A program made the translations under genes and the position numbers. Positions 33,301-47,273 of a stretch of 64,000 nucleotides of DNA are shown one piece after another. The DNA comes from Vicugna vicugna (taxonomy: Eukaryota): the NCBI GenBank assembly GCA_013265495.1, contig MU058584.1, positions 7,220,407 to 7,284,406 of the forward strand. The letters run 5' to 3'. The notes under the pieces are model-generated. The model was not told where the DNA came from and searched no databases. It saw only the letters and a list, made by a program, of their open reading frames with translations. How positions within the stretch are numbered: position 1 is the stretch's first letter; every line of letters begins with the position of its first letter.

Positions 33301-35609
33301 GTTTCCTAAGCTTTTATTTGTCCTGCGAGTCTTCAGGATAACGTGCTGAATCTAAATTGTAGTTATGGGTTTCGTCGTTACTCTTAATTCAGAAAAAAAA
33401 CCCCTAAAGAATTCATTTTAAAATTGGAAATCAGCATTTTTTTCCACTGAGCAATTCCTGAGGGATTAAGTTACCTTAACGGCCTTGCCTGAGGAGTGCA
33501 GACATTAGCTAAGAAAAGCCCATTTGAAAGCATTATGAAAGCTGAAATCTGTTTCCCAGTAGTAAACCAGGTAGAAATGTAGAGCAGCTGAGAGAGTGGG
33601 CTGGAGGGGGTACAATCCAGAGATTGTACCTTACTCTCCTTATTTAGCTGGTTAGTGATTCGGGATTCAGAATGTTCTTGTTTTTTCTTTTTTCTTTTTT
33701 TTGTTAGTGTTTGTGTAAAATTTAGATATTCCTGCATCTCCTTTGGAAATGCTAATACCCGTAAAGTGTATATTCTCTTCTCTCAGATAGTGCTCTCTCA
33801 GATGATACTTAGGTTTTTTTTTTTCCTCCCTGTTTGAACTAGAAAGCTAAGAAACCTAATAAAAAGTAAAATTGCTGACAGTTGGCTGGTATCTTTGAGT
33901 AAGTCACTTAATCACTTTGCCTTGGTTTTATCATTAATTTGAGTGATGAGAAAAGTGATGGTAAAGCATTTTGTCTACGTCATCATAGACTAATGGTGAA
34001 ACGATGGATGAATATGTGATTTCAAGCATGTACACACAACAGTTACATACTTAAGGGTTTTACTTTCTTTGATTTATTACCAGTGAAATTTGCTAAATTT
34101 CAAGTGGTATCTATAGGGAAGATGAGGCTTGATGACAATGTATTTTTGGGTTTTCAAACTCCAGAACATTTAATGTGATGTCATAATATTCATTTAACTG
34201 CTTTGGTTTTTTAAACAAATGCTTAAGGGTTAAAATTGTGATTCAAGTGCAATAAGCATGTTTATACATCTTTCATAAATTTAGTTGGATGAGTCTGTAT
34301 TATCAGTATTAAAAATGAACTGTTTGTGCCAGGAGCTTTTGAACCTAATGACAGTTTTATGCATGTATCTCAATTCTATTCTCCAGGTTTTCAAGCCCTA
34401 ACACGTTCCTTAATGCTGCAATGAAAGTGTATACATTTTTCCTCACTAGCTGTATTCTTTTAAAATGCGGATCTAAAAAAATCTGAAAGAGTAAAATATT
34501 TTAGCCTGAACACTTTTTTAATGAGAGTGAAAAATAGGGACATCATAAATATTATACAAATCACAGCATTTAGCAGAATACATTAGAAATTTACTATACT
34601 TTTAAAAGTTTTATTGATAATGATCATTAGAGTGTCATATCAAAGAAAAGGTTAACAAAAAGGGAAAAACTCAATACATACAGAAAGGCTTTATTATCTG
34701 TAGAGATGACACTTGTCTAGCAAGCTTATGTATTAGGAGAAATTTAATTAAAAAGGTCGTTTGACTTAATAAAGCCTTTCAGTCATTGATATTATTGCAG
34801 AATCCAATTGCTAATTGTAAACCAACCTTAGGGAAAAAGGAGTGTCTCTATTTTGTTAGGAGATTCATCCTAGGCAAAAAAAAGCATACTCATATTCCAC
34901 TATAACCTTTTGTCTTCTTATTATCCAGAATTTTTTCAGTAAAGATAAGGTCCTTTAAGAATGAAACTTGCTTCTTTTACATGTAGCTCTGTTCATTTTA
35001 AAACTCTGACCTCTGTGCAGTTACTGAATGCGGTCATAAAACAAGAGGCCTTTACTTGTGTAAATTAATAGCATTTGCTTGTCATTTAAGCTTGTTGTCT
35101 TAAAATAATGATGCATTTTCTCCTCAACATTTAACAATCTATGATTAGTGGACTAGCCATCTCTTCTCCTTTCAGTTTGTTCATATTGATATTTTTGACG
35201 TTACTGAATGAATTTGGTTGTGAATGTGTTTATTTCATTTAACTGTAGCTCTAAAATTCAGTTTTGGGGTGACAAGTTTGATATTGTTATGAATAAGATG
35301 AGTCATGAATGAGCTACTTGTTTGTGATTTTCTTGCTGAAGTGATGAATTTACATATTAATGTGATATAATGTGAGTAACCAGATTGTTCTTTTGGATGT
35401 ACAGATGAGATATATACTGGCAGTGAGAGGCAGCTTTTGAGGTCTAATGAATACAGCTGGGACTCATGGTCTGAATATAGGGGTTCACTAACTGGCTTGT
35501 GGTCTGCCCGTTGGTCTGGTTTGTGTACAGAAGAGTCAAATTTATTCAGCTACTTTTACAGCCAATTTTTTTTTAACAGTGCAATGAGGATGATGATGAT
35601 GATGATAAT

Positions 35610-35860
35610 GATGGTTAACATTTATTGAGAGCTAACTATGCATCAGGTGCTATTTTAGGTGCTTTTGTGTGGATAAGTTCATTGAATCCTCATAAAACCC
35701 CAAAGAGGAAGATACTTTTGAGTTCCATTTTATAGAAGAGGAAACAGATTTAGACAGTTTGAGTAACTTGCTAAAGGCAGATTTAATATAAAAACAGTAG
35801 AGTCTGGATTCACCCTGAGCTGTTTGGACTCGATACCTATGCTGTAAAATCTCTGTGCCA
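35610..35860 (-). mobile_element. MIR SINE preceded by an imperfect (ATG)n tract
   Basis: AACATTTATTGAG.GC..ACTATG, CCATTTTATAGA.GAGGAAACAGA, AGTAACTTGC. Confidence 0.75.
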
Positions 35861-37949
35861 TATTGAACCCTCTCTATATTAAGATTGACCAATTCCTCTG
35901 ATAAGTACTTTTAATTTATTTCTTTGACACTTAAAAGCACCACCTAAATAAATAAAAAGCTGCTATATTAATAATTTTAAATTTATGTGTATCTACCTTG
36001 CCTCATTTCACAGAGGATTTGAGGCAACCCCTTAGGCAGAAGCAACATTAGAAAGATAAGAATTTTTCTTTACTGTATTAGAGATTCTTGAAGGGAGGTC
36101 TAAGCATATAATTGGGTTGTTTATTTAAGTATGTGTTTAGAGTGAATATAACTTGTTTACAGAGGTGTTAAGTAAAAACTGTACTAGTTGCTAATGTGCA
36201 AATGTTTTTTAATGATATACTTGTTAGAAACATTAGTTCTTCACTACTAATTATATAGGCAGAAGATTCCACATTATTTTTTTATTCTAGCCCGAGTGGT
36301 AAACAGACTTTTAATTTTGCACAAATAGAATAGGTTTTTTGATTTATTTTAAAAAATAAAAGATTTTAAAAAAGTGATTTTGTTGAAAGGATTTAATTTC
36401 AATGTGGAAATATCAAATAATATATACTTATTCAGCTGTTAGTTTTCTAAAGATGAATATGTTGATTATCAGCGTTGTTTGGTGGGAGAACCTTAAAAGT
36501 GAGCCATTTGATGCTGTTATTGAATGAACATAACCAGATAATTAAAAAATCTGAAAGTCATTTATATGACTTAGACACTAATTTACTCTTAAATCCTTTG
36601 AATAATTTCATGAGTATTTAAAAATTGAGGAGGTAAGCATTCTCTAACTGCAAATGAGATTGGGCACAGAAGCATTCATATTAGTAAAACTTCTTAATTC
36701 AGAAATGGATTTGTATTGAGGAAGAGATTTTTAAAAACATCAGAGCATCTGAATTACTGAGTATTTTTCAACAAATGGCTTCCAAGTATTAAAGTTATTA
36801 GATGAATGGGTGCTAACAGTTAAAATGTGATAATTGTTGAAAATCATGCTTCATGGTTCTCAAGGGTCTATTTAAATAAAGTATCAGGAACATGAACTTT
36901 TTCTCATTCAACAATGAATTGCTAAAACCTGAAATTACAAAGCTATTTTTGCTGAATTAAAATTACATACTGTACATTTAGGTTATCACAAATTCACTTT
37001 TGGTAGCATTTAGTTATAACAATCAGCTTAATTCTTTTTTATTAATAACACCTGAGAAGCAATACAACTATGTGAACTGGACTGGATAGGATATCTCTGT
37101 TTTGAAATTTACTTATGATTAACAGATATTAAAAAAATGGCCTTGATTAACTTCTTTAAGAATGAATTTGGGCAGGCATCGCCCAGAGGAATGGAAACTT
37201 AGTAGATACCTATGCTAGAGGGTAGGCTACTGGGTTCTCTACCAACAGGACATACATTTAGTATATTAGGTGTTTATCTCAAGTAGTAAGTACCTTGTGC
37301 TAGGGCTAATAAGTAGAGTTAAACTGTGATGTTTTACTTACTATGATTTATTTAATTTTAAAGGAGGACTGGAAGCAGCTAAAAGAAATAGGTAATTTTT
37401 GTCCTCTTCAACCAGGGGCAAGTCAAGGGAACTCTGAACTACTGTGCTGTGTAGAATAATCCAATTTATTTTTCTGTATGGCCAGCATTAATTTAAAAAT
37501 TCTAATGAATTATAGTAAACAATTTTTATAAAGCAGAAGGAAGAAGGGAGCCAATATTTGTTTAGCCTTACGTGGTGACAGGCATGGATGCTGTGATATA
37601 CTTTCCATGCCTCCTGTACCTTACTTGTTTTCACATCCCCATGTCAATAAGGCAGGAAACTCAGGGTTAGAGAGAGAAGCAATTTGCGCAGAGTCACATG
37701 GCTAGTGAGTGGGATTTAGCTCTGAGTATGACTCCTATTGATATTCTTGACAAATATGGGCAAGTAAAGTCAATGAGCATGTATTACTGAGTTTTAAATG
37801 TACTGGCTAAGAATATAGAAGGAAGTGTGAGTGTATAGGAGCTGATGTGCATGTAAAAAGAACTGACAGCATAAGGTATGAAACTATAACTTTAAAAGAC
37901 TGTAAAATGAATTTAGTCAGGATAATGCAACAATAAATGGGACAAAATA

Positions 37950-38270
37950 ATTTATACTATGTCTATTTTTACACAAAAGAAAACGGCTCTGAAAAATTAG
38001 TTATGAAATTGAATTGTGATATAGTGGAAAGTAGACAATATTTGAGTTTATAGTGTCAGTTGGCAGCCCGTATCATTTTAGCTCAAGGCTGCGTGTGTTG
38101 AAGTATCAATGTCAAAGCAGGGAGGTGGTGATCTGGGTCTCAGTGTCTGACTTGACAACAAGGCATTGAATTTAGACTGTCACTTTATCACAGAGAGATA
38201 CTGTATATTGGAGAGGGCCTGCGAGAAGAGCAGCAGGAAAGAAAAGAGGTTGGAGAGATTAAAAATATAA
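37950..38270 (+). mobile_element. Probable ancient L3/CR1 fragment
   Basis: Weak motifs AGGGAGGTG.T..T and TGGAGAGGG.C..GAGAAGAGCA.CAGGA..AAAGAGG.TGGAGA. Confidence 0.4.
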
Positions 38271-39909
38271 CTGGGTGCACTGAGGGTGGGATAGGTCGGA
38301 CCAGCTGCTTTATAGGGATATGTAAGGCACTAATACTTAAGGGAGGTGGAATACTATTTTCTTTTTAAAGAATAAGACAGTTTAAAGTAGTGAAGTAAAT
38401 GGAAGACAAAATGTCAGGAAAAATGTTCTGAAGGCAAACTTGAGAATAGAATGTGTTTAGAAAGAGGAGGGTAAAAGCAGAGGGTTGACACGAAATGATT
38501 TGTGTTCTTGAGTAAAACACTGTTCCAGAAAATTAGGTTTGTTAATACCAGAATGTTTTTTTTTTTTTTTTCCTGCATTACAGAGAAACGAGATTTGCCC
38601 AAGGTCAGACAGAGAATCAGAGTTGAGCTTGAAACTTGGTTTTCTGAACTGGGAGCCCGTTGGCAGTTAATCATCTTCTCTTCCTCCTCTTACTGTTTGA
38701 AAGTGCCTCCCTCTCACCCTCACCACCTCCTTTTCCCATTCCCTTCCATTGGACCAATCTTTCCTTCTCCTTCATACTTGCCTCCATTACTTTCTGTGAT
38801 GATAGACCAGCAGTGATTTTTTTTCCCCCCATACACAATAGGGTAAGGAGACAGGGAGCAGAATTTCTCTCAGACTTTGATCAGGTAATTTGGCTGAGAT
38901 AATAGACTCTCAAGTAAATTGTGACTTTTAGGAAACAGATGGGCCCAGCAAAAAACTACATGAAATAGTGAATGTTTTTACACATTACTATTTTCCCACC
39001 AGGTGGGCATATCTAGAAAGTTGTGCCTGGGATGGTCATTGATTGGCCTTACTTTAACCAAGGAGAGTTTCTGAAAAGTTGTATATAAATAAATAATGTA
39101 AATGGAAAGATTAGAATTTAAAGAAATGCGTGAGGTTTTTTGGTAAACTAGGAGATATATTTGGGTAGCAAATCATCATCCTTCAGTTTGTCTATTTCAT
39201 ATTCTTACTTTTTTTGTTTGTAGTCTTTGAGACCCATTGTCCTGGAAAATTTAACAATTTCAACAAGCATTAATGTTATTAAATTCTCAATATTAATAAG
39301 AAAGACAAGCTAGTTGTTGAGGAAAGGATGATTTATTTAACCCATGAATTATATGAATGATACAGGATTGCTTTAGGTCTTGTTTTTCCTCTAACATCCT
39401 GCTGAAAATTCTTTATTCCCAGGAGGTAAAGTGTATATCTCAGTGCTTCTTTGTGACACTGTGTCATTTTCATTTCCCATGACTTCCAGGTCATGATATA
39501 GCCGGGAATAACACATACATACCTGTAAGAAATGGATAGGGCTTCCAAAGGATCTCATTGTCTGTTTCATTGGCTTGACACTGAAAAGATGAATCCATTT
39601 AAATCAAGTAATTTGATGGGTGCCTAATCTTATTTATGATGTTTGTCTCCTAGATCCTGAAAAAGCCAATTTTGAAAGGAGTCATCATATTCTGTGATAG
39701 AGTGTAGGCTTTGCTGACTGATGTTTCAGTCCCACTTCTAACTCCATACTAGCTTGGCTTCTCAGCCAGGCATTGAACTTGGAAACTGGGACTTAATTTC
39801 CTCGTTTGCAATATAGGGACAATAATACAGACTTTGTGCATGTGAGTTCCAAGTAAGATGATGTAAAGTATATGGCCCGTAAGCATTCAATAAATGATTG
39901 CTGTGAGAT

Positions 39910-41610
39910 TGTGATTTATCAGAAAAACATGACCAAATATAATTCTCAAATATATTTGGTCTTCAATCACAGTTCCTGGTTCACAGCTCCCTAAACCTTT
40001 GGAATTTCCTAAGTGTTGAGAGTGATAAAGTTGTCCTTTGTTAGGTTAATGAGGTGACTTTTGGAAAGCACTCAAGGATGGGGGCTGGTAGCTAGTGGAA
40101 TCAGCCATGGATTTAGAGGGTTGGAACTTTCAGTCCCATCCCCCAACCTCCAGGAAGGGGAGAGGAGATCAAAGTTGAATCAATCTCCAGTGACCAGTGA
40201 TTTAATGGATCATGACTGTGATGAAGCTTCCATAAAAAACCCAAAAGGACAGAGTTCAGAGAGCTTCCAGGTTGGCGAACACGTGGAGATTTGGTGAGAG
40301 TGGCATACCTGGAGAGGGCATGGAAGTTCCTTGCCCTTTCCCTGTATCTTGTCCTTTGCATCTCTTCCATCTGGCTGTTCCTGAATTACATCTTTTTATA
40401 ATAAACCAGTATGATGTACTTAGTGAAATGTTTAAGTTCTCTGAGTTGCTCTAGCAAATTAAAAAAAACATTTTTATTGAAGTGTAATTAATTTACAGTG
40501 CTAGTTTCAGGTGTATAGCAAAGTGGTTCAGTTATACATATATACATACATATATATTTTCAGATTCTTTTCCATTATAAGTTATTACAAGAAATTGAAT
40601 ATAGTTTCCTGTGCTAGTAAGGAGGTCCTTGTTTATTTTATATATAATAATATGTGTCTGTTAATCCCCAATCCCTAGTTTACCTCTTTTTGTCCTTTCT
40701 TCTTTGGTAACCATAGTTTGTTATCTACGTCTGTGAGTCTGTTTTTGGTTTGTAAATAGAATTTGTATTCTTTTAGATTTCACATGTAAGTGATTTAATA
40801 TGTTTGTCTTTCCCTGTCTGATGTCACTCAATATGATAATCTTTAGGTCCATCCATGAAGCTGCAAATGGCATTATTTTATTCTTTTCATGGCAGAGTAA
40901 TGTTCCATTCCACATCTTCTTTATCCAGGTATCTGTTGATGGACATTTATGTTGTTTCCATGTCTTGGCTATTGTAAATAGTGCTGCTATGAACATTGGG
41001 GTGCAAGTGTCTTTTTGAATTATAGTTTTCTCTGATTACATGCCCAGGAGTCAGATTGTTGGATCATATGGTGAATCTATTTTTAGTTTTTTAAGGAACC
41101 ACCATACTGTCCTCCATTGAGGCTGTGCCAAATTTACATTCCCACCAACAGTGTAGGAGGGTTCCTTTTTCTTCACACTCTCTTTAGCATTTGTTTGTAG
41201 ACTTTTTAATGATGGCCGTTCTGACTGGTGTGAGGTGATACCTCATTGTAGTTTTGATTTTCTACCAAATTAATTGAACCAAGGAGGAGGTTGTGAGGAC
41301 CTCTGATTTATAGCCAGAAATGTGGGTAACAGTCTGGACTTGTGACTGGAGTCTGAAGTCTAAGGATGGAACCTCCAATCTGTAGCCAGTTGGTTAGAAG
41401 CGCACATAACAACCTCAGCTTGTGATTGGTGCCTGATGTTGGGGCGGAGGGGAGTTTTGTGGGATGAGCCCTTGACCTGTAGAATCTGATGCTTTCTCTA
41501 AGTAGGTAGTCAGAATTGAGTTGAATTCTAGGACAGCCGGGTAGTGTCCGGAGGACTGCTTGTTGTTGGTATGGGAAACCCCCTCCCCACGTTAGAATTG
41601 TACCAGAACC
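39910..41610 (+). mobile_element. MER21-like solo LTR split by an L1 insertion
   Basis: AGCTCC.TAAA.CC.TTGGAATTTCCT, GATTTAGAGGGTTGGAACTTTCAG.CCCA, GAGAGCTTCC.GGTTGG.GAACAC, AATAAA near 40400; resumes at 41261. Confidence 0.8.
40463..41260 (-). mobile_element. Artiodactyl L1 3' end (about 800 bp)
   Basis: ORF 40721-40996 translates to the L1 ORF2 C-terminus (MFIAALFTIAKTWKQ.KCPS). 13-bp TSD TCTA(G/C)CAAATTAA at 40450-40462 and 41261-41273. Confidence 0.92.
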
Positions 41611-41703
41611 CATTTAATGGTTATTAGTTTTAGTCTTTTATCTAGAATGGACCTTTTCTAACTATTTTAACAAACAAAAGTAAATTTAGGAAAGACAATA
41701 GAT

Positions 41704-41860
41704 AGTAATGTGTATTTGCAAATTCTCTTTTTTTTTGCATGTTAGAAAATTATAGCCACATCAAAATAGTTTTAGGTCATGCAGTAATGTGTATTTGCAA
41801 ATTCTTTTTTTTTTTTGCATGTTAGAAAATTATAGCCACATCAAAATAGTTTTAGGTCAT
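41704..41860. repeat. Tandem duplication, two copies of about 78 bp
   Basis: 41704-41780 and 41783-41860 are identical except within the T-run. Confidence 0.95.
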
Positions 41861-43680
41861 ACTAACCTAAAGTATACTAGAAAAAGAATGCATTGCCCGC
41901 ATTTAGCATTACCACAGTGAATTTTTTTCTTTAAACAGGTACACACAATGTAAATCCAGTTTGTATACTCTTCCCTCCCAAGAGTTCCAAAGAACTTTTT
42001 CATTTATTCTGTTATTAATCCTTACAATATCCCTGAGAGTAGGATAAAGGTATGTTTTATTAACCTCAATTTAGAAATGTGGAAGATTGAGCTGGAAAAG
42101 AGGTTATGTGACATGCTAGGGTTTAAGTGGTGAATACTAGAGATAATGAACATAGTAGAATTAATAACACAGAGATAATAGAATGAAAATGAATTTTGCT
42201 GAAATTATTTTCAGACATTCTCTTAGAAAATGAATTTTAAGCGTGATATTTGATTCTGTGATATGGAGTAAACCATTCTTAGCGTATCTTTATCTTTTGG
42301 AAATGTTAGATGAAATTGTAGACAAAGATCGGGGTAGAAGTAAGTAAAACAGCTGAGAGAGTCTGACTGGAGAAGCAGGACTACTTATTAGCACGCATAT
42401 GCGCGAAGGCCAAGGAACAGAAGTGATCTACAGCCAAGAGGTCAAGAGGCAAGACAGAAAAATAGTGGTGTTTAGTGTTGTTAGACCTAAGAGAAGTGCC
42501 AGAATTCTTATGGTAGGTGTTGAAGTAATACCCAATGACTCTAATCTTCAGTGGAAAGAGTCATATTCTGACATGACTGATATCTCTACAGCTTGTTAAC
42601 CTTCAGTTTTATCTCTGAGCTAGTTAACTGGTTCCATTTGGAATTATATTATCATTGTATCACTAGGTATGTCTCAGAAGCTTTGTGTAAGAATAGCTTT
42701 AGGTTATCCAGAGGAGGCTGAGTATATGTGTGTCTGTTTCTGTTTTCTGATTAATAAAACTGAGGTCCAGACTTTTCATACATTTAAAGGAAGAGAAAAG
42801 GCCCACAGTTTATTTTCATGGATCCTAGTATTCATGATCCTGAGTCCTACTTCCTGGACAACAACCATTGTGTGGTGAGATTTTTACATTCTCATCTAGA
42901 AATACCTTTATAGCTAACTGAGTTACTGACGTTAGTCTTTGTAGATTCAATTTAAGAAACTTTAATCTGTTTACTTAATCCAAAAAAGAAATCATGTGAA
43001 ATTGTGGAGGGATACTGATTTTATTGGCCTACTTTGAGTATTATATACCCAGGATTTTTTTTTTTAAGTCAGTGAAGAAAGGAAATGGTGGAAGTATCAT
43101 GAGTCTCTTGCTTCAAGAGCAAGAGGAAGAATGGGAAGAAAGAAGCTTTGCTGAGTTGATTGTCTGCTATATTGAGGGGAGATTTGAAGAAAAAACAGAT
43201 AATTTTACTGTTGAGGGAGTTAGGAGTATCTGTGAGTTACATAGTTTGAGGTAGATTTGATTTACACCCATAGTAGGTGTTCCCTGGAAGTGAAAGAAAT
43301 GCCTCATATAAGCCGAGGCAACATGGCAGACAGCAAGGAGAACTGGGGTTAGTTTGGTCTTTACTGTCACTCCAGTGGTCTTCCTCAGCTCTCCCCGTGT
43401 GATTTAGAGGCCCTCCTCGGTGATCCTTGTTCATACTTCACTGCTTGCGGGTCTTCCCTGTGCAGCTGGTTGCCTTGTCTGTCTACCCAACTGTTTGCGG
43501 CTTCCATGAAGTCAGGAGCTGTGTTTCATTTGTTATTTTCCGTAACACCGTGCCAGCATATTGCAGGAGCTAAAGTGAATGAATTAATTATGTGATTCTA
43601 TGCAAGACATTTATACAAGCTGAAACATACCTTCTTCATCAGTAAATTGGTTGAGGATAGGGGTGGATGTTGGACTAGAT

Positions 43681-43901
43681 CTGTTGTTTTTCAAGTTGTG
43701 GGTGTAACCTATTAGTGGGATATGATATCAACTTAATGGGCTGCAGCAATCTTAAAAAAGTGTCAGAGTATGTTCTAGGTAGTAATGATAAACACTGTAT
43801 TGTAAAACTTTTGTATTAATTGTGTATTTGTATATGTGTACCATGCTGCCCTATAAAATATTTTTTACTATCATTGTCCTCAGAATTGTTGAATACCTCT
43901 G
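43681..43901. mobile_element. hAT-Charlie MITE
   Basis: Decayed CAGTG-type TIRs. 8-bp TSD (G/A)ACTAGAT at 43673-43680 and 43902-43909, resembling the Charlie NTCTAGAN target. Confidence 0.7.
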
Positions 43902-44060
43902 AACTAGATTAAATGTAATGTTACTTCTAGTCATTTTTTCAATTCTATATTTCAGTGGTAGAATATATCTTTATATTATAGAAGCCAAAATTCAAGCTGT
44001 ACTATTTCACTAGGTGAGTTAAAATGAAGATAATTATTTTTATTGTGTTAAATTAACTCT

Positions 44061-44434
44061 TTTTTTTTTTTTTGTCAGGGGGAGGTAATTTGGTTATTTA
44101 TTTTTTTGTATGTGATCATTTACTTGGTGATTACAATACCTTTTACTTTTTATCGATAGCAGTATTTTAGTTACCTCATTTTATTTTATTTTATTAATTA
44201 ATTAATTAATTTTAAACATTTTTAAATTGAGTTATAGTCATTTTACAATGTTGTGTCAAATTCCAGTGTAGAGCACAGTTTTTCAGTTATACATGAACAT
44301 ATACACATTCATTGTCACATTCTCTTTCTCTGTGAGCCACAGTTATTTATTTTTTTAATGGAGATACTGGGGATTGAACCTAGGACCTTGTGTATGCTAA
44401 GCATGCACTCTACCACTGAGCTGTACCTTCCCCC
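44061..44434 (-). mobile_element. Vic-1-type SINE interrupted by a younger L1
   Basis: Tail GGGGGAGGTAATT at 44078-44090; tRNA-Ala head at 44359-44434. Confidence 0.88.
44108..44341 (-). mobile_element. Young 5'-truncated L1 3' end plus about 70 bp of extra sequence
   Basis: ATTGAGTTATAGTCATTTTACAATGTTGTGTCAAATTCCAGTGTAGAGCAC. 15-bp TSD GTTATTTATTTTTTT at 44093-44107 and 44342-44356. Confidence 0.85.
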
Positions 44435-46957
44435 TAACTATCTTTTAATTGAAAAAGGAATGTGTATATGAAACTCAGGCTTTCCAATAGTGCACACAGT
44501 AAAAATTGTGTTTCACTAAAGTTTCTTACTAAGATGCTCATTTAACATGCATACCTGACAGATTATTTCTGGGTTTATATTTTCTTTATATGACATTGAT
44601 TTTGAGGACAGAGTTTAATAAACTTGTTTGGTTGTAGGTAGAAGATTTAACCAGTTGTGAAGGGATATATTTGAAAATTCTACTAGCAGATGGATTTATT
44701 CACTCACTGAGTCATTTACAGTCATATTTTGAGAGTCCACTACATGCCAGAAACTGTGTGAGGTTCTCTGTGTATAGCAGCCCCTTCAAAGGACTTGGTG
44801 ACCCAGAAGAGTACAATGCTTGATACGCATTGTGCTGTTGTTATCAGGGAAAACAGGCTAACAATTCTTATGCAAGGCATTTGTTAGAAAGTAGTTGTCC
44901 AGGTCATGATGATGTCTCCAAATATTTGAGGAGCTGTTAATTGGAGAGGGATTAGATTGACTCTGTATGTCCTCAGAAGACAGAACAAATGGATGAAAGT
45001 TAGAGGCTGACAGATTTGAGCAGTCTCCCTTACATTAAGCTCAACAGAACAGTTAAAAAATAGAATGAGTTGCCTGTGAAGCGTACAGTATTCCATCACC
45101 AGAAGGATAAAGGCTGGGGATTAAAGACTGACTGGCTCCTTGGTGTGGTGTAGATGGGAGGCAGGTTGAGCCTATTTGAAGGTTCTTGACTTTGAAGGTT
45201 CTTTTTAACTTAGCCTGTGATTAGGATTGCTGGATGTCACAGAGAAACCTGGCTTAAAAAAAAGCTTTTCTATAGACTATCTCTAGGTCAATAAAAAATG
45301 CCAGACATATAAAAGGGTTAAGACCTCCCTGGGTCTAGACCTTCCAGGCCTTCAAAGAATAGTTGCGGATGTAAAGAAACTGGAATCTCTCACTAAGTGA
45401 CTAATTCCATGAAGCAGTGGATAAGGGTGTTTTAGTGGTAAATTGTGTTTATTCTTTGAAAAAAATAGAATGGAATAAAAGCTTGATTTTAAAATCTGCT
45501 TTTCCTAACAATCTCACTTCTTTCAGTGGTATACTATTTTAGAGACATGAAAAAGTAAAACCCCATCATTTACTCTTCTTTTTTAATTTGTAAAATCTTC
45601 CTGCATCTAATACATATTGTAATTTCCTTATTTGGAACATCTTTTAGGTCTACCCTTCCCTCTTTATTCTCACTGAGACCATTCTGGTCTAGGTCCTTCC
45701 CTCACATGTGGATAACTTTGACAGCACCTACTCTTTCCCTTCCTTCATTTCTCATCCATTCATCCCATGTTAATATTGCTACTCTCAGATTACTCCTCCA
45801 ACACACAGCTTTAATGCTGCTGTCCTCAAGAACCTTCATTTGCCACCTACTTTTTAAAATCTCTATATGGTTTCCAAAATCTTCTACCTGTTTAGCTTTT
45901 GTTTCCCACTTCTCCTGAATGTGTTTTCCTGTCTCTTTTTATCATCTTTTCTGTGTATACTGTGGTCATTTCTGATTACATGCTGGGAAGAGCATGATAT
46001 TTTGTGACCAAAAAGAATTCAAACAGTCTACATGTATTTGAGTGCCTACTTGTGGGATGAAAAAGTAATTAGAAAGTACTTGCTCTGAACAGAACCTAAT
46101 GTAGACTAGCATAGAGTGACTCCAGATCTTGTAGAATGTTGAGGTAAAGAACATGTAGTCTCTGAAACCAGACTACCTGAGTTCACTTCCTAGCTTTGCT
46201 GAACCTCTCGGTCCCTCAGCTTTCTCATCTGTACAATGGGGTGATAGTCAGACTCACCCTTCACAAAGTAGTTGTGAAGATTAAATTAGTTAATATAGGT
46301 AAAGCACTTAGGGCAGTGTCTATTGCATACCAATAGTTATGTGTTTGTTTATTATTGGGGATGGAAGTTTGGAGAGAATTTGGGTGTCTTTAGAGGTACA
46401 GAGTGGCCTGGATGGTTAAAGGAAAATATATCTCTTCGAGAGTCCAGGAAAGATTTCATGACATAAGTAGGGTTTGAAATGAGTGTGAGAGAATAAGAAT
46501 TTGGTAAGTTGAGATGGGACCAGAAGCAGAGGTCACAGACTGCAGCCTTCTCTGACCCCTTGATGACTTAGGGTTGATTCCCTACATTTAGTTCCATACT
46601 ATTTAGCGCTTCAAGGTTTCTGACTGATTTATATTAGTTTTTGGTCCCTGAGGCAGACTGCAAACTCCTTATTGGTATTTCCCATAGTATATTTTCCAAT
46701 TCTGTTTCAGTACTTAATTTTTATTGAGTTTTCACTAGTTAAATTGTTGGCCCAATTTCAGATGGGTTGGTATTGGGAGTAAAGATCATGGATCATGTAG
46801 AAAGATATTACTATTGGACCTTTAAGAGATAGCATTGACTGTGTTTAATGAATGAATGCTCTTAGCTTGATAAGCTAATGTTTGGAGCCTACCTTCCTTA
46901 GTTTTTGAGTTATCTTTTTTCTTACCTGTGCTTTATCTACTTTTTTATTAAAAACTT

Positions 46958-47070
46958 AAAAAAATTGAAGTATAGTTGATTTACAATATTGCATTAGTTT
47001 CAGGTGTACAGCATAGTGATTCAATTTTTTCAGATTATATTCCATTATAGGCCATTATAAGATATCAGAT
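46958..47070 (-). mobile_element. Short artiodactyl L1 3' end
   Basis: ATTGAAGTATAGTTGATTTACAATATTG..TTAGTTTCAGGTGTACAGCATAGTGATTCA. Confidence 0.8.
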
Positions 47071-47273
47071 GTAATTACGTTCCATTTTCTTAATGATATA
47101 AATCTCCTTATGATTCTCCCATTTTAACCTCTGCCTCTTCAGCTGTTGGCTTAGCTCTTTCCTTCCCTCACTATCTTTCCAACCTTCATTATCTGAACTC
47201 TTGCTGTCTGAACCCAGGAACCAAATAGGTTTGAATTACATGGGATAATTATGCTTGACAGACTAGTTGACCC

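Noticed and set aside
40721..40996. L1 ORF2-like ORFs (also 48880-49065 and 59930-60130) as functional genes
   Set aside because: Truncated, frameshifted retrotransposon remnants.
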